The notes under the pieces were generated by a model that saw only the letters and a list, made by a program, of their open reading frames with translations, made no database searches and was not told the DNA's origin. Shown here piece by piece: positions 51,866-61,548 of a DNA stretch of 64,000 bases (position 1 is its first letter; each line of letters starts with the position of its first letter). Location of the stretch: the sequence record OR539218.1; one strand, 5' to 3'. Source of the DNA: Escherichia phage vB-Eco-KMB26. The translations under genes were made by a program, and so were the position numbers.

Positions 51866-52180
51866 CTAAAAGAAACTTCTTTCACAATTTTTTCCACTGA
51901 ACCATGCGCTTACCGCTTTCTTAGTCTCAGGAGCAGTGTTATCCATAAACCATTCAAAGGCAGCCTTTTTATGATTCTGGAGGGCTTCTCGGGCTTTAAT
52001 CTGCTCACGGTCTATTAACACTAACATATGAGCCTTTCTTGTCACCATGGGCTTCTTATGATTTTTTGAATACTCCCAGTCATTTGTCCATCGCATTGTC
52101 GTTGCGAACTTAAATACTGCTTCTTTAATTTTAGTTTCGTAAATTTCACGAGCCTTTGAGTATAACATCATTACCTCCAT
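51866..52180 (-). CDS. hypothetical protein
   Basis: 104-aa basic ORF. Confidence 0.5.
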   Translation of the reverse strand: MEVMMLYSKAREIYETKIKEAVFKFATTMRWTNDWEYSKNHKKPMVTRKAHMLVLIDREQIKAREALQNHKKAAFEWFMDNTAPETKKAVSAWFSGKNCERSFF

Positions 52181-52270
52181 TCACCAGTTTAATTCTAGTC
52201 ATCTTTTTAATGGCAGTCCATATAATCTATTTCTGAACTGCCTTTTTGTCATAGAAGTCCTCTTATGAAT

Positions 52271-53239
52271 TTATTTCAGAAGAGTAACCTCAGCGATTTC
52301 TTGCCAACCGTTTTTGTCGGTCATAATAAAGTCAGCAAGATAAAGTGCAGTACGCAGTGAAACATTGCGTAAACGGTTAACATTGACTTTCATCCATGAT
52401 AATGCTTTATAAGTTTCTTCATCAGAAAGACCGCGCTTTTGCATCATGTCAGTTGAAAGAATAACATCTTCAACCCTGACCATAATTTCTTCATTAGTGT
52501 GAACACCCAAATCCAAATAAACCGAGCGGGACACTAATGCTTGTAAATGTGGAGCAAGTTTAGTACCACGGTCTAATTCGCGGTCAATGTCAACGTTTGT
52601 GATAAAAACAATCGTTCCTTTAAATTCAAACTCACGCTCAATGCCTTTTTCTTCTAAGTAAGAAGATGCGGTGCTCCAGCAGACTTTACGGGTCTCTCCA
52701 GTGTCCAGAGCAGCTTTCAGAAGATTAAGAATGTCCATATCAGAGAAAACATCCACATCATCAATCAAAAGGACAGAATTCTCTTCACGATTATTCCAAA
52801 GTTGTTCATAAAGACCGATACCGGAGATTTTACCGTTAATGCTTTTATATTCAATGTATCCATTATCATTTGCTTTATTCAAAGCTTTATCTAAAGAATA
52901 CGTTTTACCAATACCCGCCGCACCAGAGATAATTAATGAACGAATGTTTCCGTTAATAATACCATTCGTCATCATTCCCATAACATTAAATCTTTTATTA
53001 ATGCGGGTTTTCATATCTTCATATGATTCTTTAACTTCTTCAACTTTTACACCATCATATGAAATGTCTGATTTGTAAACCCAAACACCGCGACGCTTAC
53101 CGTCAATTTCAACAAAAACTTTACCATCTCCTTGTGCATCTACCGGAGCATTATCTGGGAACCATTCACCTAAGAGCTCAAAAGTTCCAGAGATTTCTTT
53201 ACCGAAGTAGATACCCTTATTGATAGTTACAGTTTTCAT
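52271..53239 (-). CDS. P-loop NTPase
   Basis: Trimmed to internal ATG (322 aa); Walker A GAAGIGKT and Walker B LLIDDVD. Confidence 0.65.
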   Translation of the reverse strand: MKTVTINKGIYFGKEISGTFELLGEWFPDNAPVDAQGDGKVFVEIDGKRRGVWVYKSDISYDGVKVEEVKESYEDMKTRINKRFNVMGMMTNGIINGNIRSLIISGAAGIGKTYSLDKALNKANDNGYIEYKSINGKISGIGLYEQLWNNREENSVLLIDDVDVFSDMDILNLLKAALDTGETRKVCWSTASSYLEEKGIEREFEFKGTIVFITNVDIDRELDRGTKLAPHLQALVSRSVYLDLGVHTNEEIMVRVEDVILSTDMMQKRGLSDEETYKALSWMKVNVNRLRNVSLRTALYLADFIMTDKNGWQEIAEVTLLK

Positions 53240-53275
53240 TTTATTCTCCAATCTCACATTTGTTTTGATAGGGTA

Positions 53276-53305
53276 ATAGTATCACACTACTACCCTTCTG
53301 TAAAC
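53276..53305 (-). promoter_or_regulatory. T4-type early promoter
   Basis: Minus strand GTTTAC, 17 bp, TACTAT. Confidence 0.55.
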
Positions 53306-53308
53306 AAT

Positions 53309-53572
53309 TTATTTTAACGTTCGCCAAATTTTTACTGCTTCACGGCGAGATACTTCTACAGCTCCAAGTTCTACAGCTTTTTGGCGTCGGCGAGCGTGTA
53401 AGTCATAATGTTTAATGCGTTTATCTTGAAACCAAGAACGTTTCATTCCTATTGCTTCTGCCATTTCATGAAGCTCTTCAATATCTCCATCAGTGAACAT
53501 ATGACAATTTTTAGTTGGATGACCGCGAAGTTTCCATCCATGATTCATTAAAACATCTACGTAAACTGTCAT
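53309..53572 (-). CDS. small basic protein
   Basis: 87-aa ORF. Confidence 0.5.
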   Translation of the reverse strand: MTVYVDVLMNHGWKLRGHPTKNCHMFTDGDIEELHEMAEAIGMKRSWFQDKRIKHYDLHARRRQKAVELGAVEVSRREAVKIWRTLK

Positions 53573-53718
53573 TGATTCTTCTCCAAATAAGTTTCGATAA
53601 TTTTCTGAGCGAGATAAACTGCATTATCTTCAGTTGCATCTTCTAAGAAACTTTCAAAACACTCTGAAATTTCTTCTGTATCAATCAACTTTTTTACTTC
53701 AATTGGTGTAATTTTCAT
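53569..53718 (-). CDS. small acidic protein
   Basis: Track ORF trimmed to MKITPIEVKK... (49 aa) so the promoter lies upstream. Confidence 0.45.
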   Translation of the reverse strand: MKITPIEVKKLIDTEEISECFESFLEDATEDNAVYLAQKIIETYLEKNQ

Positions 53719-53755
53719 TTTGTTTTTCCGTTTAAGTGTTTGTTTTGATAGTTGT

Positions 53756-53785
53756 ATAGTACCATAAAGCTTTATGCTTGTAAAC
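53756..53785 (-). promoter_or_regulatory. T4-type early promoter
   Basis: Minus strand GTTTAC, 17 bp, TACTAT. Confidence 0.55.
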
Positions 53786-53815
53786 AATTTTGTGAAAAAT
53801 TTTTGAAATAAAAAA

Positions 53816-53833
53816 GGGAGCCCGAAGGCTCCC
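53816..53833 (-). terminator. UUCG-tetraloop hairpin
   Basis: gggagcc-cgaa-ggctccc right after the stop of 53836..54849. Confidence 0.6.
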
Positions 53834-53835
53834 TA

Positions 53836-54849
53836 TCATTTATAATAACTTCGGTGGTTTTCAAGATAAACCCTCTCAAGGAAGTCATCCCAAAAACCCA
53901 TGTCTACTTTTTGCTGCATACCGTTCTTAGAAGCTTCAGTAGATGCTGCTTCTACTTGATCGACCACATCTTCCAAAAACTCTTGAACCGTTTTAAATGG
54001 ATGTTTACCCAACTTCACGTCGAGAATAAATGGAGCATCTTGGAGTGGATAAACCAAGTCACCAGTTTTGTAAATTTCCAATAGTTGGAGTCCACCACGG
54101 CAAGCATGACTCAGAGCTTTCCAGTCAATACCTTCATTGGCTTCGGCCTTACGAGCACGTTCACCGTATTCAGCATCTAATTTGTTCAGTGACTGCTTAA
54201 GCTCAATAAGAGAAAGCGTTGTCTGATATTTACGACCCAACACTGTGTAGAACGTCTGTGGGCCTGTTTTCTCATGATTATGGAACACCCATTCACAGAA
54301 TTCGTTTTCTGGAAGACGATGCTTAATATCTTCAACTTTAGTACGACGCTGCTTAATAGAACCATCTTCTTGGTAATCAACCCATTGCTCAGGGATTTGA
54401 TTAACTACTTTCAATACATCACGTAATGCAGCCAAACGAGAACCCTTAACGCCGTATTTAGAAGCTTGCTTACGGACATATCCTAAATAGGATTTCATGT
54501 TAGTCGTATAAAAACGAGAACGGTTGTCTTGAATAAACTTCCACACATCAGGCAAATCAGATTTAACCACTAGTTCAGGTGGAGTGTGAAGCATATCTAA
54601 CGCTACAGTTTCACCATCTGCTGCTAATTTAAAGAAATATTTAAGACTGTATAGTTCATGGTCAATATCATCTTTAGTGTTTTTAGATGATGTGTTGTTA
54701 GTGTTTTTACTCATGTGCTCTTTAACATTTCCGATAAGAATATCACGAGCAGGAGGAACAAAGATTTCTTTAAAATCTACATCAGATTCTGGGGTAGAAG
54801 TTCCATAAAGATGACTACCAAAATAGCTTTTCATTACTGTTTTCATCAT
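53836..54849 (-). CDS. nucleotidyltransferase-fold protein (Pol-beta-like GS...DxD motif)
   Basis: 337 aa; N-terminal FGSHLYGTSTPESDVDF fits the hG[GS]x9-13Dh[DE]h signature; possible third acidic site at DDIDHE. Confidence 0.55.
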   Translation of the reverse strand: MMKTVMKSYFGSHLYGTSTPESDVDFKEIFVPPARDILIGNVKEHMSKNTNNTSSKNTKDDIDHELYSLKYFFKLAADGETVALDMLHTPPELVVKSDLPDVWKFIQDNRSRFYTTNMKSYLGYVRKQASKYGVKGSRLAALRDVLKVVNQIPEQWVDYQEDGSIKQRRTKVEDIKHRLPENEFCEWVFHNHEKTGPQTFYTVLGRKYQTTLSLIELKQSLNKLDAEYGERARKAEANEGIDWKALSHACRGGLQLLEIYKTGDLVYPLQDAPFILDVKLGKHPFKTVQEFLEDVVDQVEAASTEASKNGMQQKVDMGFWDDFLERVYLENHRSYYK

Positions 54850-55307
54850 TCAGCCTTATATTCAATAACAGGACATACTTTAGCTTTACGAGCTTTTAAA
54901 AATTCAACGATAATCGATTTCTTGGGTTGAATAGGAGGTAAACCTTTATACGCCCTATCAATATTTTCTACGTGTAAAGCATAATCCTTTTTCCATTTAT
55001 AATCTTTATATTTTTCACGCAGTTGTGCAGGAATAACAAATGAACCGATAATAAGTAAAACAAGCAAAATGGCAAGTATAAATGCTGATGGAATAAGAGT
55101 CCATAAACTACCAAAAATAAGCCATTTCTGTATGATTTCTGCGCAGATGATAGTTAGACCTACGAGTATAGTACATCCGAAAAAAGAAACGAAAAATGTA
55201 GGGATAACAATAGACCAAAAGTATGCGCACAGCGTCTTAGGTCGTTGCCATTCATCGTTAAACAATTTGAATAATTTATAGTGCCAAGAGTTTTCATTAA
55301 TAATCAT
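54846..55307 (-). CDS. multi-pass membrane protein
   Basis: 153 aa with three predicted transmembrane helices. Confidence 0.6.
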   Translation of the reverse strand: MIINENSWHYKLFKLFNDEWQRPKTLCAYFWSIVIPTFFVSFFGCTILVGLTIICAEIIQKWLIFGSLWTLIPSAFILAILLVLLIIGSFVIPAQLREKYKDYKWKKDYALHVENIDRAYKGLPPIQPKKSIIVEFLKARKAKVCPVIEYKAE

Positions 55308-55309
55308 AA

Positions 55310-55831
55310 TTATCCTTTCATTGAAGGTGTAACAGTTGTTAAATACTTAATCATAGCTTCAGCTTCTGATTTTGATAATGAAATTTCTTCATTGTTTTGA
55401 CGAATAGAAATAAAATCCGGATGACGGTCACCACCAGCTTTTAAAACACACATATAAGTATCAGTTTCATCTTCAATATCTGAAATGATTGAAGCAGTTC
55501 CACATGAATGCGGTTTTTGATAAATCAATACAGCTTTTCTTCCGCCATTTGACTGTTCATAAACTTTTAATACATCAAACAAATCACTTCTTTTATCAAT
55601 AGCTAAAATGTTATTTTCATCTTCAATGTTAAATCCTTCGGATACTTCATAAAGTGTCACCCATAAATCGCCAATATCAATAACAGCGTTCACTTTTCCA
55701 TGACTTTCAAGAGCATGACAAATTTTCTTGATTTCGTCATAACTCATTTTAATAATATCATCTCCTTGAATAAGAAAGATGTCATTTTTAAATTCAACAC
55801 GAATTAAACCACTTCCACTTGAAATAAACAT
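55310..55831 (-). CDS. hypothetical protein (paralogue pair, member 1)
   Basis: 173 aa; C-terminus KSEAEAMIKYLTTVTPSM resembles the next ORF. Confidence 0.6.
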   Translation of the reverse strand: MFISSGSGLIRVEFKNDIFLIQGDDIIKMSYDEIKKICHALESHGKVNAVIDIGDLWVTLYEVSEGFNIEDENNILAIDKRSDLFDVLKVYEQSNGGRKAVLIYQKPHSCGTASIISDIEDETDTYMCVLKAGGDRHPDFISIRQNNEEISLSKSEAEAMIKYLTTVTPSMKG

Positions 55832-55837
55832 ATTTCC

Positions 55838-56395
55838 TCACTTTGAAATCATAGTTGGAATGACAGAATCGAGATAAGTCTTTAGCGCAATAGCTTCGTC
55901 TTTGGTAAATGTGACAATATACGATCGAAAATCATCAATTTGACGAATAGTTAAGACATCACCATCTTCATAGCATTTTGATACGTTTAAAACAGTTTCA
56001 TCATTCTGATTGCAAGCGTTAGTAATAATAGCATTGCAATTTTTGAGCCATTTTAAACTATGTTTTCTTTCATTAGAATAATAAAAATATTTAATCTTAT
56101 CTATAAAACTATCCCAATGGATAACTGATAAACACATTGACTCACTTTTAATATTAAATCCTGGGCATGAAGAATAAAAATGAATTTTGTGCTCATCATT
56201 GATGCTTACTATTTTATCAGTATAAGGATATTCAATTTGGGTTAAATGAATGATTTCACTAGGCGTAAAATATAGCATATCGTCTTCTTGTGTCAAACGA
56301 TACATATTATTTACTTTTTCTATAGCTAATTCACCAAAAAGCGGACTAACTTCTAATACTAATCGTTTCATATTGATTCTCTTCGACTCACCCAC
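55838..56395 (-). CDS. hypothetical protein (paralogue pair, member 2)
   Basis: 185 aa; C-terminus KDEAIALKTYLDSVIPTM. Confidence 0.6.
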   Translation of the reverse strand: MGESKRINMKRLVLEVSPLFGELAIEKVNNMYRLTQEDDMLYFTPSEIIHLTQIEYPYTDKIVSINDEHKIHFYSSCPGFNIKSESMCLSVIHWDSFIDKIKYFYYSNERKHSLKWLKNCNAIITNACNQNDETVLNVSKCYEDGDVLTIRQIDDFRSYIVTFTKDEAIALKTYLDSVIPTMISK

Positions 56396-56530
56396 AATTA
56401 CATACTCCTTTGAATAATATCAATAATGTTGTTCACCAGATTATAAGTAAACATTGGATAATTATATTGAATCATCACATACACAACAAACAAAACTTTC
56501 ATTCTCTTCTCCTTGGCAGTTGACAAGATT

Positions 56531-56560
56531 ACTATATCATAATCTTGTCAACTTGTAAAC
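56531..56560 (-). promoter_or_regulatory. T4-type early promoter with 12-bp perfect inverted repeat
   Basis: Minus strand GTTTAC, 17 bp, TATAGT; ttgacaagatta/taatcttgtcaa palindrome spans the spacer. Confidence 0.55.
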
Positions 56561-56562
56561 CA

Positions 56563-56736
56563 TTAAATGACGTTTTCAATAAAATTCTGAAGCTTTGTGT
56601 GAGCATCAACCATGATTTTCATTTCTTCTTTGGCGAAAGCTGTACCTCTTTCCCGAGAAGAACACTCATAGTCAGAAACTGCATTAGCATATTCTTCAAT
56701 TAGTTTCATTAAAAACATCTGCTTTTCAGTTTTCAT
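56563..56736 (-). CDS. small hypothetical protein
   Basis: 57-aa ORF not in track (MKTEKQMFLMKLIEEYANAVSDYECSSRERG...). Confidence 0.35.
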   Translation of the reverse strand: MKTEKQMFLMKLIEEYANAVSDYECSSRERGTAFAKEEMKIMVDAHTKLQNFIENVI

Positions 56737-56920
56737 TATTCCACCTAATCATTTCAAGATATTGAACTAACTTAGCTTTGGATTTATCCAAATCCTTTTT
56801 AGCTGCTTCTATACCGTCGTATGAATATCCTTCACAATGCTCAACTGCTAATTGGTATGAATCTATTTCAATATCACGTGCTAATTTAATGATTTTTTCA
56901 AACTGTTCACGTGTTAGCAT
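56726..56920 (-). CDS. small hypothetical protein
   Basis: 64-aa ORF. Confidence 0.5.
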   Translation of the reverse strand: MLTREQFEKIIKLARDIEIDSYQLAVEHCEGYSYDGIEAAKKDLDKSKAKLVQYLEMIRWNNEN

Positions 56921-56922
56921 AA

Positions 56923-57162
56923 TTAAACTCTCGTATTATGATCGATAATTTCATCAAGAAACATATCTAACGCTTCTAAAGCATTATCAACTTTAGCTTC
57001 AAATTTTTCAATACCTTTATTTGCAATGCCTGCCGAAAACCAAGCAAAGTCACTAAGTTCCTCATCTGCTTTGCGAATTAAAGCTACCAATTCTTTAATT
57101 TTATCTGCTTGTTCAATTCTAGTCATTATTCCACCACATATGAAAGAGAGAATATTGCACAC
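56923..57162 (-). CDS. small hypothetical protein
   Basis: 79-aa ORF. Confidence 0.5.
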   Translation of the reverse strand: MCNILSFICGGIMTRIEQADKIKELVALIRKADEELSDFAWFSAGIANKGIEKFEAKVDNALEALDMFLDEIIDHNTRV

Positions 57163-57314
57163 GCCATATGAGTTGCAGCTTCATCACACATATCATAACG
57201 TTTCTTAAGAAGTTCTACAAGTTCTTCACTAGTAACTTCATCCATGTCGACGAAAAAATCACCATTAATGATGACGTAGATATTTCCTTCTTGATTAAGT
57301 GCTTCAATTTTCAT
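57126..57314 (-). CDS. small acidic protein
   Basis: Track ORF trimmed to MKIEALNQ... (62 aa) downstream of an early promoter. Confidence 0.5.
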   Translation of the reverse strand: MKIEALNQEGNIYVIINGDFFVDMDEVTSEELVELLKKRYDMCDEAATHMACAIFSLSYVVE

Positions 57315-57342
57315 GATGTTCTCCTCTTTATCCGATAGTTGT

Positions 57343-57372
57343 ATAGTACCACAGCTCAAACGGAAAGTAAAC
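57343..57372 (-). promoter_or_regulatory. T4-type early promoter
   Basis: Minus strand GTTTAC, 17 bp, TACTAT. Confidence 0.55.
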
Positions 57373-57387
57373 CGGTAAAATGAAAAA

Positions 57388-57405
57388 AGTCTCCCGAAGG
57401 AGACT
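57388..57405 (-). terminator. UUCG-tetraloop hairpin
   Basis: agtctcc-cgaa-ggagact after the stop of 57410..57796. Confidence 0.6.
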
Positions 57406-57409
57406 AATG

Positions 57410-57796
57410 TTATTCGAGGGAAAGAAGATACTTACTTTGGTAAAACATTCCAGTAATATCATCTATCGTGCTTTGAATGGCTGGAGGCATTTCTTTATAA
57501 ATGCTGTTAGATTGGTCTAGTATGCGATCAATCATTTTAATTGTGTCGGTAGGAAGTTTACTGGCATCTGGAATTGAAGGCGTGTATTTTCTACCAGAAT
57601 ACCCCAAATATTGCTCACCAAATTTATCAATCAAATCTGGCAACTCGGAGAAAATAAAATCGTATGCTTTGTGTCTAGCATAACTTTTAGTTTCAAAATG
57701 TGCAGAATGAAAATAAGCTTGTGCAGCCATTAATAAACCTAAGTATTCATCTGCCTTTGAAGGTTTTCCACTTTGTGAAAAGTCGCTGAATTTCAT
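57410..57796 (-). CDS. hypothetical protein (rI.-1 position)
   Basis: 128-aa ORF, 4-nt overlap with rI. Confidence 0.55.
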   Translation of the reverse strand: MKFSDFSQSGKPSKADEYLGLLMAAQAYFHSAHFETKSYARHKAYDFIFSELPDLIDKFGEQYLGYSGRKYTPSIPDASKLPTDTIKMIDRILDQSNSIYKEMPPAIQSTIDDITGMFYQSKYLLSLE

Positions 57797-58086
57797 TCAG
57801 TCTCCAATTTAATGTTCATAATTCTAGCGTATGATTGTGCCATCTCCGCGCCTCGCTCTATACATTCAAAATCGGAAGAGCACGGGTCATTTTTATAAGT
57901 CGTTCGCATAAAACTATAGAACTGTTCAGATGATTCTACGCTTTTATTTTCAAAAAGCATATAAACGTGTCTAATACCAGATTCCATAAATTTATCAAAA
58001 TGAGGATCGACATTCGCTTCAATTGGTGGAGATAAAGCAAATGCTAATCCTAGCATGGCAAATAGTGCCGTTGCTTTTAAGGCCAT
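57793..58086 (-). CDS. rI: lysis-inhibition regulator rI
   Basis: 97 aa with N-terminal signal-anchor; matches recalled T4 RI. Confidence 0.8.
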   Translation of the reverse strand: MALKATALFAMLGLAFALSPPIEANVDPHFDKFMESGIRHVYMLFENKSVESSEQFYSFMRTTYKNDPCSSDFECIERGAEMAQSYARIMNIKLETE

Positions 58087-58098
58087 AAAGGCCTCCTA

Positions 58099-58311
58099 TC
58101 ATTTTTGTCCTGTATTTACTTTATGCCGATGCACGGCCTTAACTTTATCAAGGTATTTTTCAAAATTTCGCAATCTAGTATAGTCTGCCGGAGATTGGTT
58201 GAGTGATACTTCTCGACGCAAAGCTGAAATGATATTTCCAACTTCCCTACGAATTTCATCTAATTGAAGCACAGTAAGATTGCGAAGTTGCTTTTCAGTT
58301 AATTGTAGCAT
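58099..58311 (-). CDS. small protein (rI.1 position)
   Basis: 70-aa ORF with a TATAAATA element upstream. Confidence 0.5.
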
Positions 58312-58336
58312 ATATACCCCTTTAGTTAGATAAACC

Positions 58337-58344
58337 TATTTATA
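58337..58344 (-). promoter_or_regulatory. possible T4 late promoter (TATAAATA)
   Basis: Exact TATAAATA on the minus strand between tk and the rI.1-position ORF. Confidence 0.4.
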
Positions 58345-58353
58345 ACTTTTGCA

Positions 58354-58935
58354 CTAACCGAGCTTTTTAGTTAATTCATTCCAATGCTTTCTACACAAAG
58401 AAACATAAATTTCATCACCAATACAGATTTGATTACCTTCTTTAACTGGTGTTCCATCTTCCATTAATCGAGCTGTCATAATAGCTTTTTTACCACAATG
58501 ACAAACTGCCTTTAGTTCAATAAGTTTATCTGCAATCGCCAAAAGTTCTTTAGAACCTTCAAATAATTTTCCAGCGAAATCAGTCCTTAGCCCATAAGCC
58601 ATAACAGGAACATTATATGTATCAACAATTCGACTTAATTGATGCACCTGTTCAGTTTTTAAAAACTGAGCTTCATCTACAAATACACAATGAATATCTT
58701 TTTGTGCTTCAGCCCATTTATAGAACTCAAAAATATCCATATCATCCGTAATAATATTCGCTTCCTGCTTAATTCCAATGCGAGAAACGACTTCACAGAC
58801 AGAATCGCGAGTATCAATAGCAGGCTTAAGAACTAATACACCCATTCCGCGTTCTTTATAATTATGTGCAGCAGTCAAAAGAGAAGCAGATTTTCCAGCA
58901 TTCATTGCTGCGTAAGTAAAAATTAAACTCGCCAT
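58354..58935 (-). CDS. tk: thymidine kinase
   Basis: 193 aa, P-loop YAAMNAGKS and C-terminal zinc-binding cysteines; matches recalled T4 Tk. Confidence 0.9.
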   Translation of the reverse strand: MASLIFTYAAMNAGKSASLLTAAHNYKERGMGVLVLKPAIDTRDSVCEVVSRIGIKQEANIITDDMDIFEFYKWAEAQKDIHCVFVDEAQFLKTEQVHQLSRIVDTYNVPVMAYGLRTDFAGKLFEGSKELLAIADKLIELKAVCHCGKKAIMTARLMEDGTPVKEGNQICIGDEIYVSLCRKHWNELTKKLG

Positions 58936-58944
58936 ATCACCTTC

Positions 58945-59130
58945 TTAAAGCATATTCACATAAGCTATTAATTCGTTTTCTTTCTTATCAAACCGATCAG
59001 CAAATTCTTCTTGCTGTTCGGGAGATAGCGGGCCGTATTCATCATAAAAGGTGTTTGCTTCTGTATGCTCATCTAGAAGTTCATGGATAAGCTCAAACAA
59101 TTTATCTTTTTGTTCTTTACTCAGACTCAT
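58945..59130 (-). CDS. small acidic protein (tk.1 position)
   Basis: 61-aa ORF. Confidence 0.5.
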   Translation of the reverse strand: MSLSKEQKDKLFELIHELLDEHTEANTFYDEYGPLSPEQQEEFADRFDKKENELIAYVNML

Positions 59131-59300
59131 ATATTAATTTCCAGGAGTTTTAAAATAATTCGCTTTTGCTTAAATATTTCCATAGTTAAATGACCAGTAT
59201 CTTTTTGACCGATTCCAATGGCAAAACCTTTATTAACAGCGAGTTCAATTAAATTATCAAGCTCACGTAACACTTCATACTGTAACTCAAAACTATTCAT
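59127..59300 (-). CDS. small hypothetical protein
   Basis: 57-aa ORF not in track (MNSFELQYEVLRELDNLIELAVNKGFAIG...); ATGA overlap with tk.1. Confidence 0.35.
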   Translation of the reverse strand: MNSFELQYEVLRELDNLIELAVNKGFAIGIGQKDTGHLTMEIFKQKRIILKLLEINI

Positions 59301-59509
59301 TTCGGTTTACCTTCTTTAACGAAATCTGGATAAGGATAAAATCCCGAATAAAATCCTTCACCTTTATGATTGATGCATCCTTTATTAGAACAATAGCACC
59401 AATAATCGAAATCACAAGCCATTTCATCGTTGCATAAAGCAAAAACAACTGGCCATTTACACTTTTCACAATGGGCATTTTTAAGAATACTAGTTTGGCT
59501 CATAACCAT
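59297..59509 (-). CDS. small Cys-rich (zinc-binding?) protein
   Basis: 70 aa with CEKCKW...C...CYCSNKGC; preferred over the overlapping 59293..59478 frame. Confidence 0.45.
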   Translation of the reverse strand: MVMSQTSILKNAHCEKCKWPVVFALCNDEMACDFDYWCYCSNKGCINHKGEGFYSGFYPYPDFVKEGKPK

Positions 59510-59727
59510 GTAACCTTTAAGCAGTATTCTTCTACATGCTGTTTACGACCTTTCTTATCAATAAAGGTATATTCAACGAATGTTCCAATGTAGTCTTTAT
59601 CTACATCATGCGGACTATTAATTGGACATTTAGTACGGCAAATGCGTTCCCATTGACGAATAATTACTGCCTTATTCTTTGGGTCATATGGATGTGGATA
59701 ATGTATATTCATAATAACGGTTCCCAA
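59500..59727 (-). CDS. small hypothetical protein
   Basis: 75-aa ORF. Confidence 0.5.
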   Translation of the reverse strand: MGTVIMNIHYPHPYDPKNKAVIIRQWERICRTKCPINSPHDVDKDYIGTFVEYTFIDKKGRKQHVEEYCLKVTWL

Positions 59728-60176
59728 TCAACAATCACAATTTCTAATTTAGAGGAATATGTATCTAAAATCCCCTCAATAATATCCCAGTTCCCTTTAC
59801 CTATGCCTGCACCAATCCTAGGCATATAGATTGTAGGTTTAATCAGTTTATTTTCACCAAACTCATTTAATTCTAACATACAATTCATTAAAGCGGAATA
59901 CTCAAAATTTGGCCCTGGTTGAAATTGAGTATAAAGGTTGAAGCAATACGCTTTATGAGTCCTAAAGTATTTTTCATAGACTGAGTAAGAACCGAGTTTA
60001 GTTACATCACCCCATTCAGTCTGTAATTTATCAGCTTCCAAAATTTTAGGGAAAGCTTTGGTTAATTGACCCGCTACGCCTGAACCCATAGTATGAAAAC
60101 AATTGCATCCATGCGCAATATTTTTACCTTCAGCGAAAAGGGCGACAATATCGCCCTTGATATATTTTACAATCAT
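59709..60176 (-). CDS. macro-domain protein (ADP-ribose binding/processing; tk.4 position)
   Basis: 155 aa with macro-domain-like motifs (GDIV...AIAHGCN...GSGVAG). Confidence 0.65.
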   Translation of the reverse strand: MIVKYIKGDIVALFAEGKNIAHGCNCFHTMGSGVAGQLTKAFPKILEADKLQTEWGDVTKLGSYSVYEKYFRTHKAYCFNLYTQFQPGPNFEYSALMNCMLELNEFGENKLIKPTIYMPRIGAGIGKGNWDIIEGILDTYSSKLEIVIVDWEPLL

Positions 60177-60514
60177 CTAGTACTCAATCCTCGATTATAA
60201 GAATCTACCAAACGGTCAACCATTGAATGACAAGCGGCTTTATCTTTCTCCTCCGCAACTGAACATTCTAAGGTATTCCACTTTTTAGCATATCGTTTTA
60301 ATAATGTATCGTTTTTGTATCTGCTTGATTTATCTCTTTCTCCGTCTTTATATGCATATATTAATTTCTGCGCAAATTCAGCTTGGCATGCTTTATTTTT
60401 CCCACAATAATCTGCCGCAGTGCGATTTACATATTCTCTAATTTCAGTATATGATGTATCTGCTAACGCAGAAAATGAAATTAATCCTATACATAAAACC
60501 AAAATTTTAGTCAT
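60173..60514 (-). CDS. secreted protein (position of T4 vs)
   Basis: 113 aa with N-terminal signal peptide. Confidence 0.5.
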   Translation of the reverse strand: MTKILVLCIGLISFSALADTSYTEIREYVNRTAADYCGKNKACQAEFAQKLIYAYKDGERDKSSRYKNDTLLKRYAKKWNTLECSVAEEKDKAACHSMVDRLVDSYNRGLSTR

Positions 60515-61052
60515 TTACTATTTCCAAAAGTTTATTATTTTTAAGGTAATTAGCCTTTTCTAGGACTTCAGAAGCATATTTAGAACCTGCTTTAACATTC
60601 CATCCCGAATTATAAGATGATATTGCTTTTCTTATATCGCCCTTATGTATATTTAACCAATAAGAAAGTTCAATGTACGCCCAGGAAGCTGAATTGGATC
60701 GTTTATTCAACATTCTTTTTATTTCAGCATCGGTCATATTATAACCAAGTTCCTTAACTCTTGCTCGCATAGTAGGCAAATAATTTTGGAACATTCCATA
60801 AGCGTGATGCTTTGGTTTAGATTTTAAATTAACTCCGCCAGAGCTTTCTTGCCATAAAATAGCAGCCATTATATGACCTAATCCGCTCTTGTGGATATTT
60901 TTGTGTGTTTTATATTTTCCATCCTTAGAAAACTGTTCCCCGAATTGATACGCGTAACGCATGTTATCGAGTTGGACATTACTGAAAGTATGCTCGGAGC
61001 TATGTGCCATCATAGAAATGGCCAATAGACCAGCGAGTAGTGCTTTTCTCAT
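60507..61052 (-). CDS. secreted lytic-transglycosylase-like protein (vs.1 position)
   Basis: 181 aa, signal peptide, ESSGG and GMFQ motifs reminiscent of SLT/lysozyme domains. Confidence 0.55.
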   Translation of the reverse strand: MRKALLAGLLAISMMAHSSEHTFSNVQLDNMRYAYQFGEQFSKDGKYKTHKNIHKSGLGHIMAAILWQESSGGVNLKSKPKHHAYGMFQNYLPTMRARVKELGYNMTDAEIKRMLNKRSNSASWAYIELSYWLNIHKGDIRKAISSYNSGWNVKAGSKYASEVLEKANYLKNNKLLEIVND

Positions 61053-61059
61053 GTTTACC

Positions 61060-61521
61060 TCATTGAGTTTTAATTACTGCTTTAGAAGCCTTTCCTGGTA
61101 AACGACGACTGTTGATAATTGCCATCCTACATTGAAGTGACGGGTCTTTGAACTTCTCATTAGGTTTACAAACTGTAAATCCAAGCCAAAGATTTCCATC
61201 TGTAATTTCTAAACGTCCAGGACGATATTCAACTCCATCAATAAAATCCTCATCAATGTCAGGACGCGGAGGCATACTCAGGAATTCATTAACTTCTAAA
61301 ACATGGTCTTTTATTTTATGGAATAATTCAAAAACATATGTCTCATCAATCTCCCGTTGAATTGCACGATCAAGAAGATGTTGAGAATATTTTAGATGAA
61401 ACGATGAGACCCCTGCTGCTTTTGATGCCTCACGAATCTCATTGTTAATTTGACGAAACTCCGACTCAAAGTGACGACGAAGCTTATTTCGACGGATAAA
61501 AACTTCTGTATTGATAGTCAT
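61060..61521 (-). CDS. regB: RegB endoribonuclease
   Basis: 153 aa matching recalled T4 RegB; early promoter upstream. Confidence 0.85.
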   Translation of the reverse strand: MTINTEVFIRRNKLRRHFESEFRQINNEIREASKAAGVSSFHLKYSQHLLDRAIQREIDETYVFELFHKIKDHVLEVNEFLSMPPRPDIDEDFIDGVEYRPGRLEITDGNLWLGFTVCKPNEKFKDPSLQCRMAIINSRRLPGKASKAVIKTQ

Positions 61522-61548
61522 GTTGTTCTCCTCTTAACTGATAGAAAA

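Noticed and set aside
59293-59478. 61-aa ORF overlapping 59297..59509 in another frame
   Set aside because: Only one of the two frames can code; the Cys-rich frame (59297..59509) has the more protein-like composition.
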